64,000 nucleotides of DNA from the NCBI GenBank assembly GCA_001949185.1, contig BDGG01000002.1, positions 7,802,448 to 7,866,447 of the forward strand. Reading direction: 5' to 3'. The DNA is from Ramazzottius varieornatus (taxonomy: Eukaryota > Animalia > Tardigrada). The position numbers and the translations under genes are program-made. How positions within the stretch are numbered: the stretch's first letter is position 1; every line of letters starts with the position of its first letter. The notes below the pieces were generated by a model. It did no database searches. It worked only from the letters and a program-made list of their open reading frames with translations, and was not told where the DNA came from. Positions 1 to 11,088 of the stretch are shown in pieces.

Positions 1-14
1 TGTTTACGTTACAG

Positions 15-1787
15 ATACTGCTCGAACGCTTGCCGTCATCATCAAAAAATGGACCTTCTCTGGGCTCGTCGCCATCTTTTTGCTGGATACCTTCCTGACA
101 GTTGGTATCGCATGATTATTTCTTTGCCGATGTGCTGACTATTACTGATATTTCTGTCCTTTTCAGGTTATCTGTTTATCCTTCCGCGTTACCTGCAAAT
201 CCAGTTTGATGTTCCCCCGTTCGTTTCCAGCCTGGCTGCAGGTATCCAACCAACTTGCTGAGGCATAATGTCAGAGAGCCGCTGCGCTGAAGTCAGTCTG
301 TCGCTTTCAGCTTCGTTCTTTGTACTTCCGGTTACATGTGGAGCTTTGGGGATATCTTACGGAGCGCGCTACCTACAGTCTTCCGTTACCCACAGTCGGA
401 TGATCTCAGTGGCCTGTGTGGGCGTTTCCTGCCTGGGATTCCTGATCTTTGTCTTTCTGGGCTGCGGCACCAAAGAGTTTGACCACAAACTACAACGAGT
501 CATCGAACAAGAAAGGTATTGAAGCTGCCCAATTTGTTTTCCGGCTTAAAAACATTGAATGCTCGGCAAGTAACCAGATTATCCTCAAGCGGCGCACTCT
601 TCCGGCCACTATTACCGATATCGTGCGCCACTTGGGGTTAACAATTTGGACGAGCTTCTTTGCCGAGCTCCCAATTGTTATCTTGATTCCAGACCGCTAA
701 TAATAACCAACATCTGTAACAAAAAGTGCGACTGCTTCCGAAGTGAAACCTTCTTTCGGCCTGTATGTCACGAGGGAACGGATGTAACCTACGCTTCGCC
801 ATGCCTTGCTGGATGCATGCGAATGGGTCCTCGGTCTAATTTGGTAAGACAACCTCGGCTATTCGTTCAATACAGCTGTAACGGCTCTCGTGTCGCAGTA
901 CGAGCATTGCCACTGCGTGGAGAACAAAGGAAGGACCGATCAATTGCCCGCTAATTCGACCATGGTAAAGGAAGGTTTCTGCTCAAGGAACTGCAGAGTG
1001 GCGTACTCGTCTTTCACTTTCCTCATGTTCCTTTTCCATTTGCTCGTTGGGTTTCCGCCGTATAACATACTCACCCAGTTTCGTAGGTAAGAAAGGTGTT
1101 ATGAGGTAACAAAGAACTCGGCAAACACACTCGTCCGGATCGTGTTCCAAGTGACGCATGCTTCCAGCTTGGAACACTATAAACGTGCGCACTTTGGAAA
1201 ACGATCAAACTCGACAAGACAGCTTTCCCAAGTGGCGCACGGTTTCAGCGTTGTTGGCTGGAAGCGTGCGCCACATGAAAAACGATCGGTCGAGCTCGCT
1301 TGCCCAGCATCCAAATTTTGTGAGTTCTGCTTGTCGAATCTCGTTCTGCAGCTTTTCATGACAGGTTGTTCTTCGAGCCGGAAACTTATTTAACGGCCAG
1401 TCGTTTAGTGACATTTCTCTTCCTGTTACTCATTCTCATACCAGCGCCGTTGATGGCTGGCGTTCTGCTTGACTCCACTTGTGATTTATGGGATCCGCTC
1501 GACACGTTGAAAAACGGTATCACTCAGTGTGTCCATTACAATGCCGAGCGACTTCGCACGCGTATTCACATTCCGCTGTTGTTTTGGAAATTCATCCTGA
1601 CAGCACTCTATTACCTCGTAAGACAGACTTCGTTATGGATTTTGTAATTTCGAATTTGATCACTCAATTCACTCTATAGCTTTACCGGTATGGAGAAAAG
1701 AGTAACGAACCGGAAGCTTCAGTGTTGTACGAGCCCGTCGTCAACACGACCAGCACCCTCAACTTGGTCCAAGACCAAGATTTGTGA
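15..1787 (+). CDS. Organic anion transporting polypeptide (OATP/SLCO family), 3' portion; 5' end lies outside the window
   Basis: Approximate exons: 15-104, 168-241, 311-515, 693-843, 899-1086, 1365-1617, 1680-1787 (TGA). Contains FILPRYLQIQF, a Kazal-like loop CNKKCDC..FRPVC..VTYASPCLAGC, and IPAPLMAGVLLDSTCDLW, all typical of OATP TM7-12. Confidence 0.85.
557..672. repeat. Palindromic element copy 1 (single core), OATP intron 516-692
   Basis: GCTCGGCAA...CAAGCGGCGCAC-N25-GTGCGCCACTTG...TTGCCGAGCTCCC. Confidence 0.85.
1112..1312. repeat. Palindromic element copy 2 (two cores, period 81), OATP intron 1087-1364
   Basis: Cores at ~1150 and 1231, both with 25-nt spacers, in opposite orientations. 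Confidence 0.85.
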
Positions 1788-2190
1788 ATCAGTTAGACCG
1801 TTGAATGTTTTCCAAAGTCATTAGAGATTGTTCCTCGAACCGGAGCGGAGAGACAAAAAAAGAGAAAGCGAAGAGTGAAGAGTGAAGAAGAATTTGCATG
1901 TAAAATTACACCAAACGAATGGCGGCTGATTACACAATCGATTATATTTTGTTTCAGCCAAAATATGGGCACGTCATCAATGTATCATCTTTTGCTTTGG
2001 TCTTTAAACTCTGCGGCTCTTTTGCGGTCCTCGTTACTAAAATAGATTTGTCAAATGTCGCACATGCGCTGCAGGCCTTTTAACTTGTGTTTAATCTTGG
2101 GGTAGTCTGTCTGTTGACTTTCGCCTTTCTGCGCCGCACGTCGACAATCAAGGAAGTTGCCTGCTTAATCTTCCGCGACGCTCAGGGAAA

Positions 2191-4311
2191 ATGCTGGAAA
2201 ATATTCCAGCCGTTCTCTGCTTGTTTTTGCTACTCTTCCGGAATTCCCTTGAGGCCGCTGCTGCATACTGTCCGGCGTCGTGCCACTGCGTCAAAGGAAA
2301 GACCTCCGTCGGTGGCCTTGAAGTAAGTTGACGAGATGTCGGTTCGTCAAATTAATCCACCCTGTACCCAACTAAACTCGCGCACAACGACCTTATCTCT
2401 AAAATTCGCCCCACCAGCATCTATTTCGCCTTTCCATACTTCAAGAAGTAAATTCCGTCCTGATTGATGAGCAATTCCGGAAACCATCTTTCAATGAATC
2501 GATATTATTTTTGATGAATCATCAAACACTAAGGGAAAAAGATTCTTGCGGTGATGGAGTCTTTCTACAATGTCTTTTCAGTTTTGAGCTCGCTGAAGTG
2601 ATTGTTTCAGGTCTCTTGTAACGCAAAGGCTCTACGAGCTATTCCGGCCTTGCCATGGGATACTGTCAGTGTGGACCTATCCGGCAACAGTCTCACCCGA
2701 ATATCTTTCAACAGTTTCCCAGAGTTGCCCGGCCTGAAAGCGCTGTGGCTGGACAATAATCGGATCAGCCATATCGAAGCACATTCCTTCCGTGGTATGC
2801 AGGACTGTGATGTTATTTCAATACGACGAAACGCCCAGTTGGAGCACTTGACCAAACATGCCTTTTCTGGACTACACAGAGTTCGCAGCCTGCTTCTGAC
2901 TGACAACAACGTAAGATGCACATCAAAACCCGGGTCTCTAATTACACCCCACCAAATTTCCGCTCACATGTCGAAATCAGGTCCCAAAATGACGCGCATG
3001 CCTTCAAGGACCTCAAGATGCCATAATATTATGATTAAATTGTACAAAAGATTTGGCGAAATGAAAGAAGGCATTGCCATAATTGCCGCTAATGATGCGC
3101 TGAAGATTAGTTTGTGTAGGAGGATCAAATGTAAACAGTTGACTCATCGAAGCAGTACGCATGTACATGATCAGCCTTGCAGCTCTCAAACCTTCTTCCG
3201 ACTCCTGTATTTATATCTGATTCTCTCACGAGCGGAGTTACTTGTTGGGAGACCGGCAAAAAATCGAGGGATGATCGTTATATGAAGGAGCGCATTCTGC
3301 TTCTTTATCGACTGGAACCGTGCGCCACTTGAAATAAGGATTAACGTGAGGGTCTTTTTTGCCGGTCTCCCTGATAATCTGATTTCCGCACTGAGCTTGC
3401 ATACAAAATTAATGAGGCTTTTCTTATGCTTTTCTCTTCAGATATCGTGGATAGAGAAGAATGCATTTTACGGTTCGTCGCACATCGACTTACTGGTTTT
3501 GTACGGCAATCCTCTGACGGAGCTCCGCCCCAACATTTTCAACAACCTGCAGCATGTCGGAAGCTTGCGTCTTCCCATCGGCATCAAGAGCATCATTCCA
3601 GGGGCCTTTTACGGTCTGTCATACGTTCCCGAGCTAACTCTGGAAGGCCTGGACTTGACCACGCTAAAGACCGAGACCTTCTTCAACCTTTCCTACGTCG
3701 GCCATCTACGCATCCACGACTCTGTCTTGCGCGCCATCAGCCCGCGGGCTTTTGCCGGCATGAAGGCCATCTCGTCTCTCTCCTTCTCCCATTCTGACAT
3801 GCCTTCACTGGATGCTGACATGTTTGATGGGCTGAGCGACATGTTGACACGCTTGACCTTTGAGAAGAACCGCCTAGGCAAAGTACAGCTCGACTTTCCC
3901 GGTGCACTGCGACATGTGGCGCACAAAGTGGTCTTTGATGCCAACGAAGCAGATTGTTGCTTACTAAGTGGCCATAATCTGCGAGTGTGGCGCACGCTAG
4001 CCAGCCAGTCGGCGTTGCATCGCGAGTTCCTCCACGGTGTCTGGTGCACCAGTCCCAAGTGGGTACTTGACGAGAATCTCCTAAAGGTGGATCTGCCCCT
4101 GCTGAAGAATGCATGTGCTGGCACGTTGGACCACGAGCTGCAGAAACATTTGACGCAGAGAATGCACGAGAAACCTTCCCTTTCAGAACTTTATCGAATA
4201 AGGAACAGTGCTGCGAAAACAAACAGCCGATATTTTGTTTTATTATTATTTATCCTCTTACAGCAGATTCTTGTCTTTGTCGAACCAGATGGTATTTGGC
4301 ATTATCCATAG
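2191..4311 (+). CDS. Cell-surface leucine-rich repeat protein (signal peptide, LRRNT, LRRs, LRRCT-like, hydrophobic C-terminus)
   Basis: Exons 2191-2322 (MLENIPAVLCLFLLLF..YCPASCHC), 2611-2910 and 3442-4311. Repeated LxxLxLxxNxI motifs and a C-terminal hydrophobic stretch YFVLLLFILLQQILVFV. Confidence 0.85.
3247..3371. repeat. Palindromic element copy 3 (single core), LRR gene intron 2911-3441
   Basis: Perfect 17-bp terminal inverted repeat GGGAGACCGGCAAAAAA / TTTTTTGCCGGTCTCCC around the core. Confidence 0.9.
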
Positions 4312-4566
4312 GAATATCGGGCAAACCACACGGGGTGTACAATAGCCCATCCTGTCTTTCATGCGTATTAAATCTTGGTTGGAGCAACGAGAACATACAT
4401 CTAGAAATAGTGGAAAAGCGCCCTGTTTTGACGTAACGTTGGAACGGTTGGGTTATGAGAGGTACCGGTATGGTTAATTCTCACCGAGGACGCCCTACAG
4501 TATGTCCTTTCGCATTGATTGTACACTGTACTCTAGCCGACACACTCAACTGCCACGTTACCCCCA

Positions 4567-5996
4567 TGAATTCCATCCTGGTCCTACAAAACTCTACCTT
4601 GAAGCTTCCCAAACATTTCTGTTCCGCGTACACGCAGAACGAGAAATTATGGTACAGTAAATATTATGGGACAGGCCTTTTCGCTACGGCGGTACGGGAG
4701 CACGTACTTACGCGACCGATTCACGCTAATACATTTTTCGACACTTATTTCCTAGGGTAGAATTTCCATCTTACCGTCCTTTCCGCCTGTGCCATAATTT
4801 TTACTGACCCCATTATTGTTCGTTCTGCGTGTACGTCTATTTCGCCCTGACACCAGGAAGTGTCGGGATGTACGCCAGCTGCTCCTCGGTCATCCAACGA
4901 CTGCTGGCTGTCATCAGTCCCCACAGCCTCAAAGACTTCACCAGGCCCAAGGCCACGACCTTCTTCATTGCCATACCGTGGACAATCTGTTTCATCATGA
5001 GGACCTTCTTGGCCAGCGACGCACAGGGGCTCGTCATGAAGCAAGTGGACTATTACCCCAGCGAACGCTGTTTCATCCAATCCATCAGCTCATGGCCTTC
5101 GACAAGCATCTTCCTTTATGTCTTCATCCAACCACATGTACCTTTGGTGACGATTTGTGGTTGCTACTTGGTCATTTTCATCACGACCCTGAAACAGATT
5201 CGTCGGGAAAGGCAACCCAATAACGATCGAAGGGTGGAGACTTTGATGAGAAGGCTGGATCTCTCTCAAGGACTCTTCGTGTGTTACCTGTGGCATATGG
5301 TCGGCGGATATCAGTTCATTTACTCTGCGGGGATTTTACCGGACTTGTCGCAGAAGAAATCCCCTAGTCCGCGCATTTTTGCGCGTTCTCGCCAGCACCT
5401 ACAGCGCCATGAGTCCAGTAAGTTCTCAACGCTCAATGGAAAATAAAAGGCTTTTCCAGTATGCTTTCACTCGCCTAGGTTGAAGGGGACGTCGGCAAAT
5501 GACTTGGATGTGATTGCTCTCCCCAAGTGGCGTACATTCTTAGGCAAAGCAGTGCACACGTGCGCCACTTGAGGTTAAACCCATGTGGAATTTATTTGCC
5601 GACAACCTGAACTTCTTCTACCGGCACACATTACATGATCGATCATGCTCAGCCGTTCACATAACATACGATTTCAGCGGCAGATGAAATTGCACACAAG
5701 GGTTGTGATCAGTTCGTGTTTTTCTACAGGTATTCCTAACTATCAGTAATCGGATTTTCCGAAGCGGTATCAGACACGCTTTTGGGGTGAAGAGTGACCG
5801 CAATCAACCCACGAAAGCCACTCGTGTACATCCAGCACCGGCTCCTACAATGGCCTCAAAGTCCAGCCATAGCCCCTGTGAGAAATCGAAGGGGAATAAT
5901 CGTGTGAGTTGCTACGTGGATGGAAGGGCTTCCGGGTCCAAGAGCAAACCACCGACGCTGACCATCCCCGACAAAGAAATTTATCTTAAATTTTGA
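4567..5996 (+). pseudogene. Class A (rhodopsin-like) GPCR, apparently disrupted
   Basis: TM3 end SSVIQRLLAVISPH (DRY-like) and TM5 PLVTICGCYLVIF. TM7 (NPLVRAFLRVLASTYSAMSP) is in a +1 frame from ~5358. Intron 5418-5729 splices to helix 8 VFLTISNRIFRSGI. In-frame TGA at 4805 and no intact TM1-2. Confidence 0.65.
5486..5607. repeat. Palindromic element copy 4 (single core), GPCR intron
   Basis: GGGACGTCGGCAAAT...CAAGTGGCGTAC-N24-GTGCGCCACTTG...ATTTGCCGAC. Confidence 0.85.
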
Positions 5997-6561
5997 ACAC
6001 GCAATCAAGAGCAATTGCTGGCTTAATTTCAGTTTCGGAATCAGAAAGTTGTCTTGTCAAAAGAAGTTTGAAGACTGAACACGTGTACAGCTTCTTGCGT
6101 TTTGTGTACGCACGAAAAGGACAGTTAATTTCGCGATGAAGAGATCCTAAACTGCAGTAATACACTTCAACGCGTTCGGTCAATCGCGAATCACTAATTA
6201 TCAGTTCTGATTGTCAGACTTATGGGACTTTATCTGGTAGGACTTACAGGATCTGTTCAAGTCGAGCTGGTCCGCGTGGACCCGCAGCTTGTCGTTATTG
6301 GAACGGGGGTTTGCGCAGTTCTGCCGACAGCAAAAGAGCCAACTTGAAGTAGGTATCCTTCTCTGAGTCGCAGAACTTGGCGCGTTCCAAGCAGATGTCC
6401 ATGTAAGGCTGGGCTTCCTTGTACTCCTGCGCTCTTGCGCTTGATGTGCGCTCGGACAGTGTCCATGTACACCTGTCGAGTCCGCTGGTCGTACTCGTTC
6501 AGACGCAACCTGAAGTGCCAACCCAGATCGATATGATAAATCGAAGACCCACTCTGCACAT

Positions 6562-6760
6562 GAGAGCTCGGCAAACAAACTTGACACGAGTGATTTCCCA
6601 AGTGGCGCACGTCGCCCGTGTTATTAACTGACGGCGTACGCCACTTGGAAATTTCGACAAGGTTATTTTCCGAAGTGACGCACCGTTATGGTGTTGGTGG
6701 CGGCAAGCGTGCGCCACTTTGGAGAACAAGCCTGTCGATCTCGTTCAGCCCCAAAATCCC
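6562..6760. repeat. Palindromic element copy 5 (two cores, period 73), SMYD-like intron
   Basis: GAGAGCTCGGCAAAC start; cores at 6601 and 6674 with 25-nt spacers. Confidence 0.85.
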
Positions 6761-7837
6761 TAGTCAACTTCACTTACTCAATCGATGGTATGATTCGCTG
6801 TAGAAACGGGATGTAGAACTCAGAGTTGTGTATCGTGGTGTAGAGCTGCCAGACAGTATAGTTCAGCATAGTTTAGCAGAGAGTCAGGTTGGTCGAATGA
6901 AGAAGCTTGGCGGCCTTTGATAAGTTCTGGCTTCGGCAGAAACTTACAGGGGATAGTCAAACCCCCGGCAGCTGGAACAATGCCTTCGAGGACATCCAGC
7001 CGTTTGCTCGTGTCAGCCACGATGGCTTTGGCTTTCTTCAGGCGCTTGCTTTTCTTGGTTCCGTAAGGCGGACAAGGCTGGTTCGCGCGGTCGTCGAAAG
7101 GGATGGGTTCGTCGCAGTCGGCATTCGTGCACTTGATGGCGCACTGTTCAGCTTGCTGGAATGAACAAAAGACATTTGTAAGACTCTAGCACCGAAAGAA
7201 TTTTAACCTCGTGCGTGGTGGCACTTACGAAAACTGGATCGGTACAAGCTTTACAGGGACGTTCTATGCCTTCCCTGGCATAAGCAGCAGTCCGACTTTT
7301 CAACGTAGCTAGTCAAACACAGCTTTAACTCTTCAAAGCATCCGGTAATCTACTCAGTATTATGCACTTCGTATAGAGGACACTTCGACTTACGGTTCAT
7401 CTTTCATGATGTCGCGCAGTGCCCTCATGACGCTACCTGGTGGTTCATGTTCTTGGGACTCCACACGGCAGATCGCAATGGCCAGGCAGGACTTTGCTAC
7501 GTGCACAGGTGAGACATGTAGTGCTGTTCCGACAGTGAAGGTGTAGACCCGTCCTTCGGCCGTAGACTGGCAAATCTCACCCACTAGCGGCCGGCGGTTT
7601 GCATGACTGCGCCGCAAATGAAGGTGAAGTTCCGCAGGCCGACCTCAGTGTAGCTCGTGGTGTAGAGCTTCTTCGGGTCGCATATGTTAAAGAGATCCTT
7701 GTGCTGCAGTAACGCGCCCATCGAATTCACCATGTCGACCAAAGCCTTGTCCATGTTCACGGGTAGGCCAAAGAAGGAAAGATTCCCCGCTTCGGTGCCG
7801 CTTTCGAGTTCCTTCTGAAGAACACGAAAAACACGAT

Positions 7838-7959
7838 GAAAAGCCGGCAAACAAATGCACAAGATCGTTGATTCAAGTGGCGCACGCTCGCCTTGCTACT
7901 GGCCGGGAGCGTGTGCCACTTCAGACAACGATACTGTCCGATTCGTTTGGCGGCCTCTC
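7838..7959. repeat. Palindromic element copy 6 (single core), SMYD-like intron
   Basis: GCCGGCAAAC..GATCGTTG..CAAGTGGCGCAC-N25-GTGTGCCACTT..CAACGAT..GTTTGGCGGC. Confidence 0.85.
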
Positions 7960-9202
7960 ACAATTATTACTCACACTTATAACTACTTCAAGGAGGCTTT
8001 ACGATGTCATATTGAAGTTTGGTCAAACGTACCGCAAGACGAGCAATGACAGCGAACATGAGGATCGTCGTATCTAGGAGGAACTTCGGCGGACCAGTAA
8101 TGAGCTTGTGAGCGACAATCTTGCATTCGACTTTGTGTCGATCCTTCCGGTCCGTGGCCTACAAGAACACAAAGGTAATTTCTGTTTATGTGAGAAAACA
8201 TAACCATTCAATTTCAGGTTTTCAGAGGCAATGGACGGTATACCTGGCATTCTTTGAAGCAGTAATGGGCGTACTGGCATCCGGCACATCGTCTGGCCTT
8301 GGTGGGATGAGGGTTCAGTGCGTAGCGGTAACAGTGTAGGTGAACGCAGTCGGGCAGGATGGTCCTGACGAAGGGAGAGATTTTGCAGATAGAGCCTTCT
8401 TCATAGGGGATATTGGGATCTACTGGCTCTTTGTCCAGTGGGGTACTGTCATATTCTGGATGGGCGTCCATTTCTGTATACTCGACGCGCTCGGGGAATC
8501 GCGGCTGGGTTGCTCTATAAAAGGCTTACGAGTTACCCTTTGTCTGCAAGAAAAGACAGCTATGAAAGACGGGGAAATACTCAAAACTAGCAAGACGAAG
8601 TTACAGTTATCGATGATCGAGACTGAGCTTTCGAACTCATATGCATGATACAAATCAACACCGGATGGAATGTTCGTAAGTGACATACTGTAGTCTTATG
8701 AATGGGCAATGCCATTAATCCCTCACGGAGAACTTACAAGATTCACTTACCAGTTCTTGTCCGCTCTCTCGTGTCGTTTGAGCATCAGAAGTACAGGAGC
8801 GTAGCATTCTTTGGACAAGAGCTAAGAAAGTAAAGGAAGGCCGCAAGAAAGCCTTAGATAGGAGAAGATAACGCGGCTTGAGATTTGGACTACAGGGACG
8901 AAACAGTTTGTTGTGAGTTGATCAAGCGGGTAACCAATCAACCATTGCAGTTTGTAGATCGTGTGGCGAGCCGCCCGGTGCTCACCGGAAGTCACTGCGT
9001 TATCTACGGAGCCTTAATGTTGTTGTTTTGCCATTTCTTTCTCCTAGGAATGCAACTGAGCAAGTCTGCCGAATGTGACAGAATGTCGATCTGGCCATCT
9101 GGTTTCTTTTCAACAGGCAGTTACTACTGCGTTATCGGACAGCAAGGGTTGAACCGTGGGAGATGAGGAAAGCGAAACAGCACAACGTCGGCTGGTGATC
9201 GA

Positions 9203-10788
9203 ATGATGGGAACGATTGCTGAATACGTCTGGCTGATGCTCCTCGTCGTCGTTCTCGGTCTGCTTCGAGCATCAGCATCTGCGGATGAATTGTTATCTGT
9301 ATCTACGCTGTCATCGCCGACGTGGGACGGGAATGGCTATCTCTTCTACTGCCCATGTCATGGTAAAATTGTCCGTCGAAGCAATAACCGCAGCACGTTG
9401 CAATAACCGCAGCACAGATGCGGTTTGACTTTTGAGTGAATTAGTTAACACCTGTTGCATTCCCTCTTATGTAGGACGGTTCGGAAATCAAGCGGACCAG
9501 TTTCTCGGTTCGCTGGCCTTCGCCAAAGCTATAAACCGCACAATGGTACTTGCACCATGGAGAACTTACGGGATCATGCATGTAAATATGAAGCACAAAG
9601 ACTATTTCCATGTCTCACACTCACCAGTAAAGTCTTAATACAGAAAATGGTGCCGTTCGACGAGCTCTTCCAAGTCCCTCCATTAGAAGCTTATCATCGC
9701 GTCATACTCGCTAAAGACTTCGTTGACACCTTAGCGCCTCAGTATTGGCCGTTAAACAAGAGAAAATCCTTCTGTCACAAGATCGAGGAGAAGCCTTGCA
9801 CAGTTGACCAAGATTTCTTCCGGGAGTTCTGGGACTTCGTCGGCGTCCCCGACTTTTCCGGCTCCGAAAGTGTCGTGGGCCTTCGGTACGAGATCGATGC
9901 AGCATCCACATGGACAGAAAGGTATGTTATCCTATTCGCTCACTGAAGTTATCAAAATTTGTGACATGGGAGCTCGGCAAACGAACTCACCCAGAACGGT
10001 TTGCCAATTGGCGCACACTCCAAGCCAATAACGATGAAGACGTCCGCCACTTGGAAAAAACAATATTTTCGCCTCGAAGTGGCGCATGCTTCCAGCTGAT
10101 AAGAATGGAAATGGGCGGCACTAGAGATGACGATTTGGGTTAAATCATTAACCGACGTCTCGGTTTAAGGTTTCCCGGAAAATCATTTCCGGTCATCGCG
10201 CTTCGCGGTCCTCCAGCGCCCTTTCCCGTTCCTCTCTCCCAGTGGCCCCTCCAGAAGTACCTCGTATGGTCCGACAGTATCCAGAGAGGAGGTAACACAC
10301 TCATTCGAAAGTCTTTCGGTACCCAGCCTTTCCTCGGTATCCATCTGCGTAACGGTATCGACTGGACGCGAGCTTGTGATCTTCTGAAAGAACCTCGACA
10401 TGGCCTGAAAAACCTCATGGCGTCCACTCAATGCCTAGGTGAGAATCCCCTCTTAGCCATCACGATGGAACTGTGTCTACCTACCAAAGAAGCTGTAATA
10501 GAACAGGTTACGAATATACTGACAAGGCACAACTTGAAGAATGTGTACATAGCGACTGATGGTGATTCTTACCTGATGGACTTCCGGCAGGCCTTGCCGG
10601 AAGTGAATTTTGTTCACGCCAACCCGAGCATTCCTCAAATTGATTTGTATATTCTTGGGAAGGGTACTGTGTTTATTGGAAATTGTCCGAGTTCATTTTC
10701 TTCTTTCGTACGAAGAGAACGTGATGTGAATGGCAAGCCAACACTTTATTTCGGTTTGGCTGAAGCACATATTCATCAAGAATTATGA
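9203..10788 (+). CDS. POFUT1: GDP-fucose protein O-fucosyltransferase 1
   Basis: Signal peptide, then [11 protein letters not shown]|[75 protein letters not shown], and an ER-retention-like C-terminus HQEL. Introns near 9363-9475, ~9570-9643 and 9923-10169. Confidence 0.95.
9968..10161. repeat. Palindromic element copy 7 (two cores, period 71), POFUT1 intron
   Basis: GGGAGCTCGGCAAACGAACTC start; cores at 10007 and 10078. Confidence 0.85.
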
Positions 10789-11088
10789 AAGACGCTTGAG
10801 AAACTACTCATGCATGAAGAACTGCAGGATAAAACTAGAATACAAAGGCGAGGGAAAAATACGTACAGGATATTTAAAAGGTAAAATAAAACTAAACGAA
10901 GGCCAACTTTGTGCGTCCGGAAGAAGAATGATAACTTCTGAAGGGTAAACTTCCCGAAAACTAATCTGAAGACAGATTCCACACCACAAAATGTAACGTG
11001 TTCACCGAGGAAAGTCCGAAGTTGTAGACAAGAGACATCAGCCTATCGTCCAGCAGTACAAAAAGGCGGTGGAAGAGCCTTCTTGGTC

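Larger units (their letters stand above)
6257..8462 (-). pseudogene. SET and MYND domain (SMYD-like) gene, degenerate or frameshifted
   Basis: MYND finger RRCAGCQYAHYCFKECQ..RHKVECK; SET-C-like VGTALHVSPVHVAKSC..VMRALRDIMKDEP; Cys-rich post-SET exons. A frame switch is needed near 7611 and the NHSC motif is lost. Both ends are uncertain. Confidence 0.6.

Noticed and set aside
9381-9415. Short direct duplication GCAATAACCGCAGCAC in POFUT1 intron 1 (a similar duplication is at 52158-52197)
   Set aside because: Ordinary local slippage with no further structure
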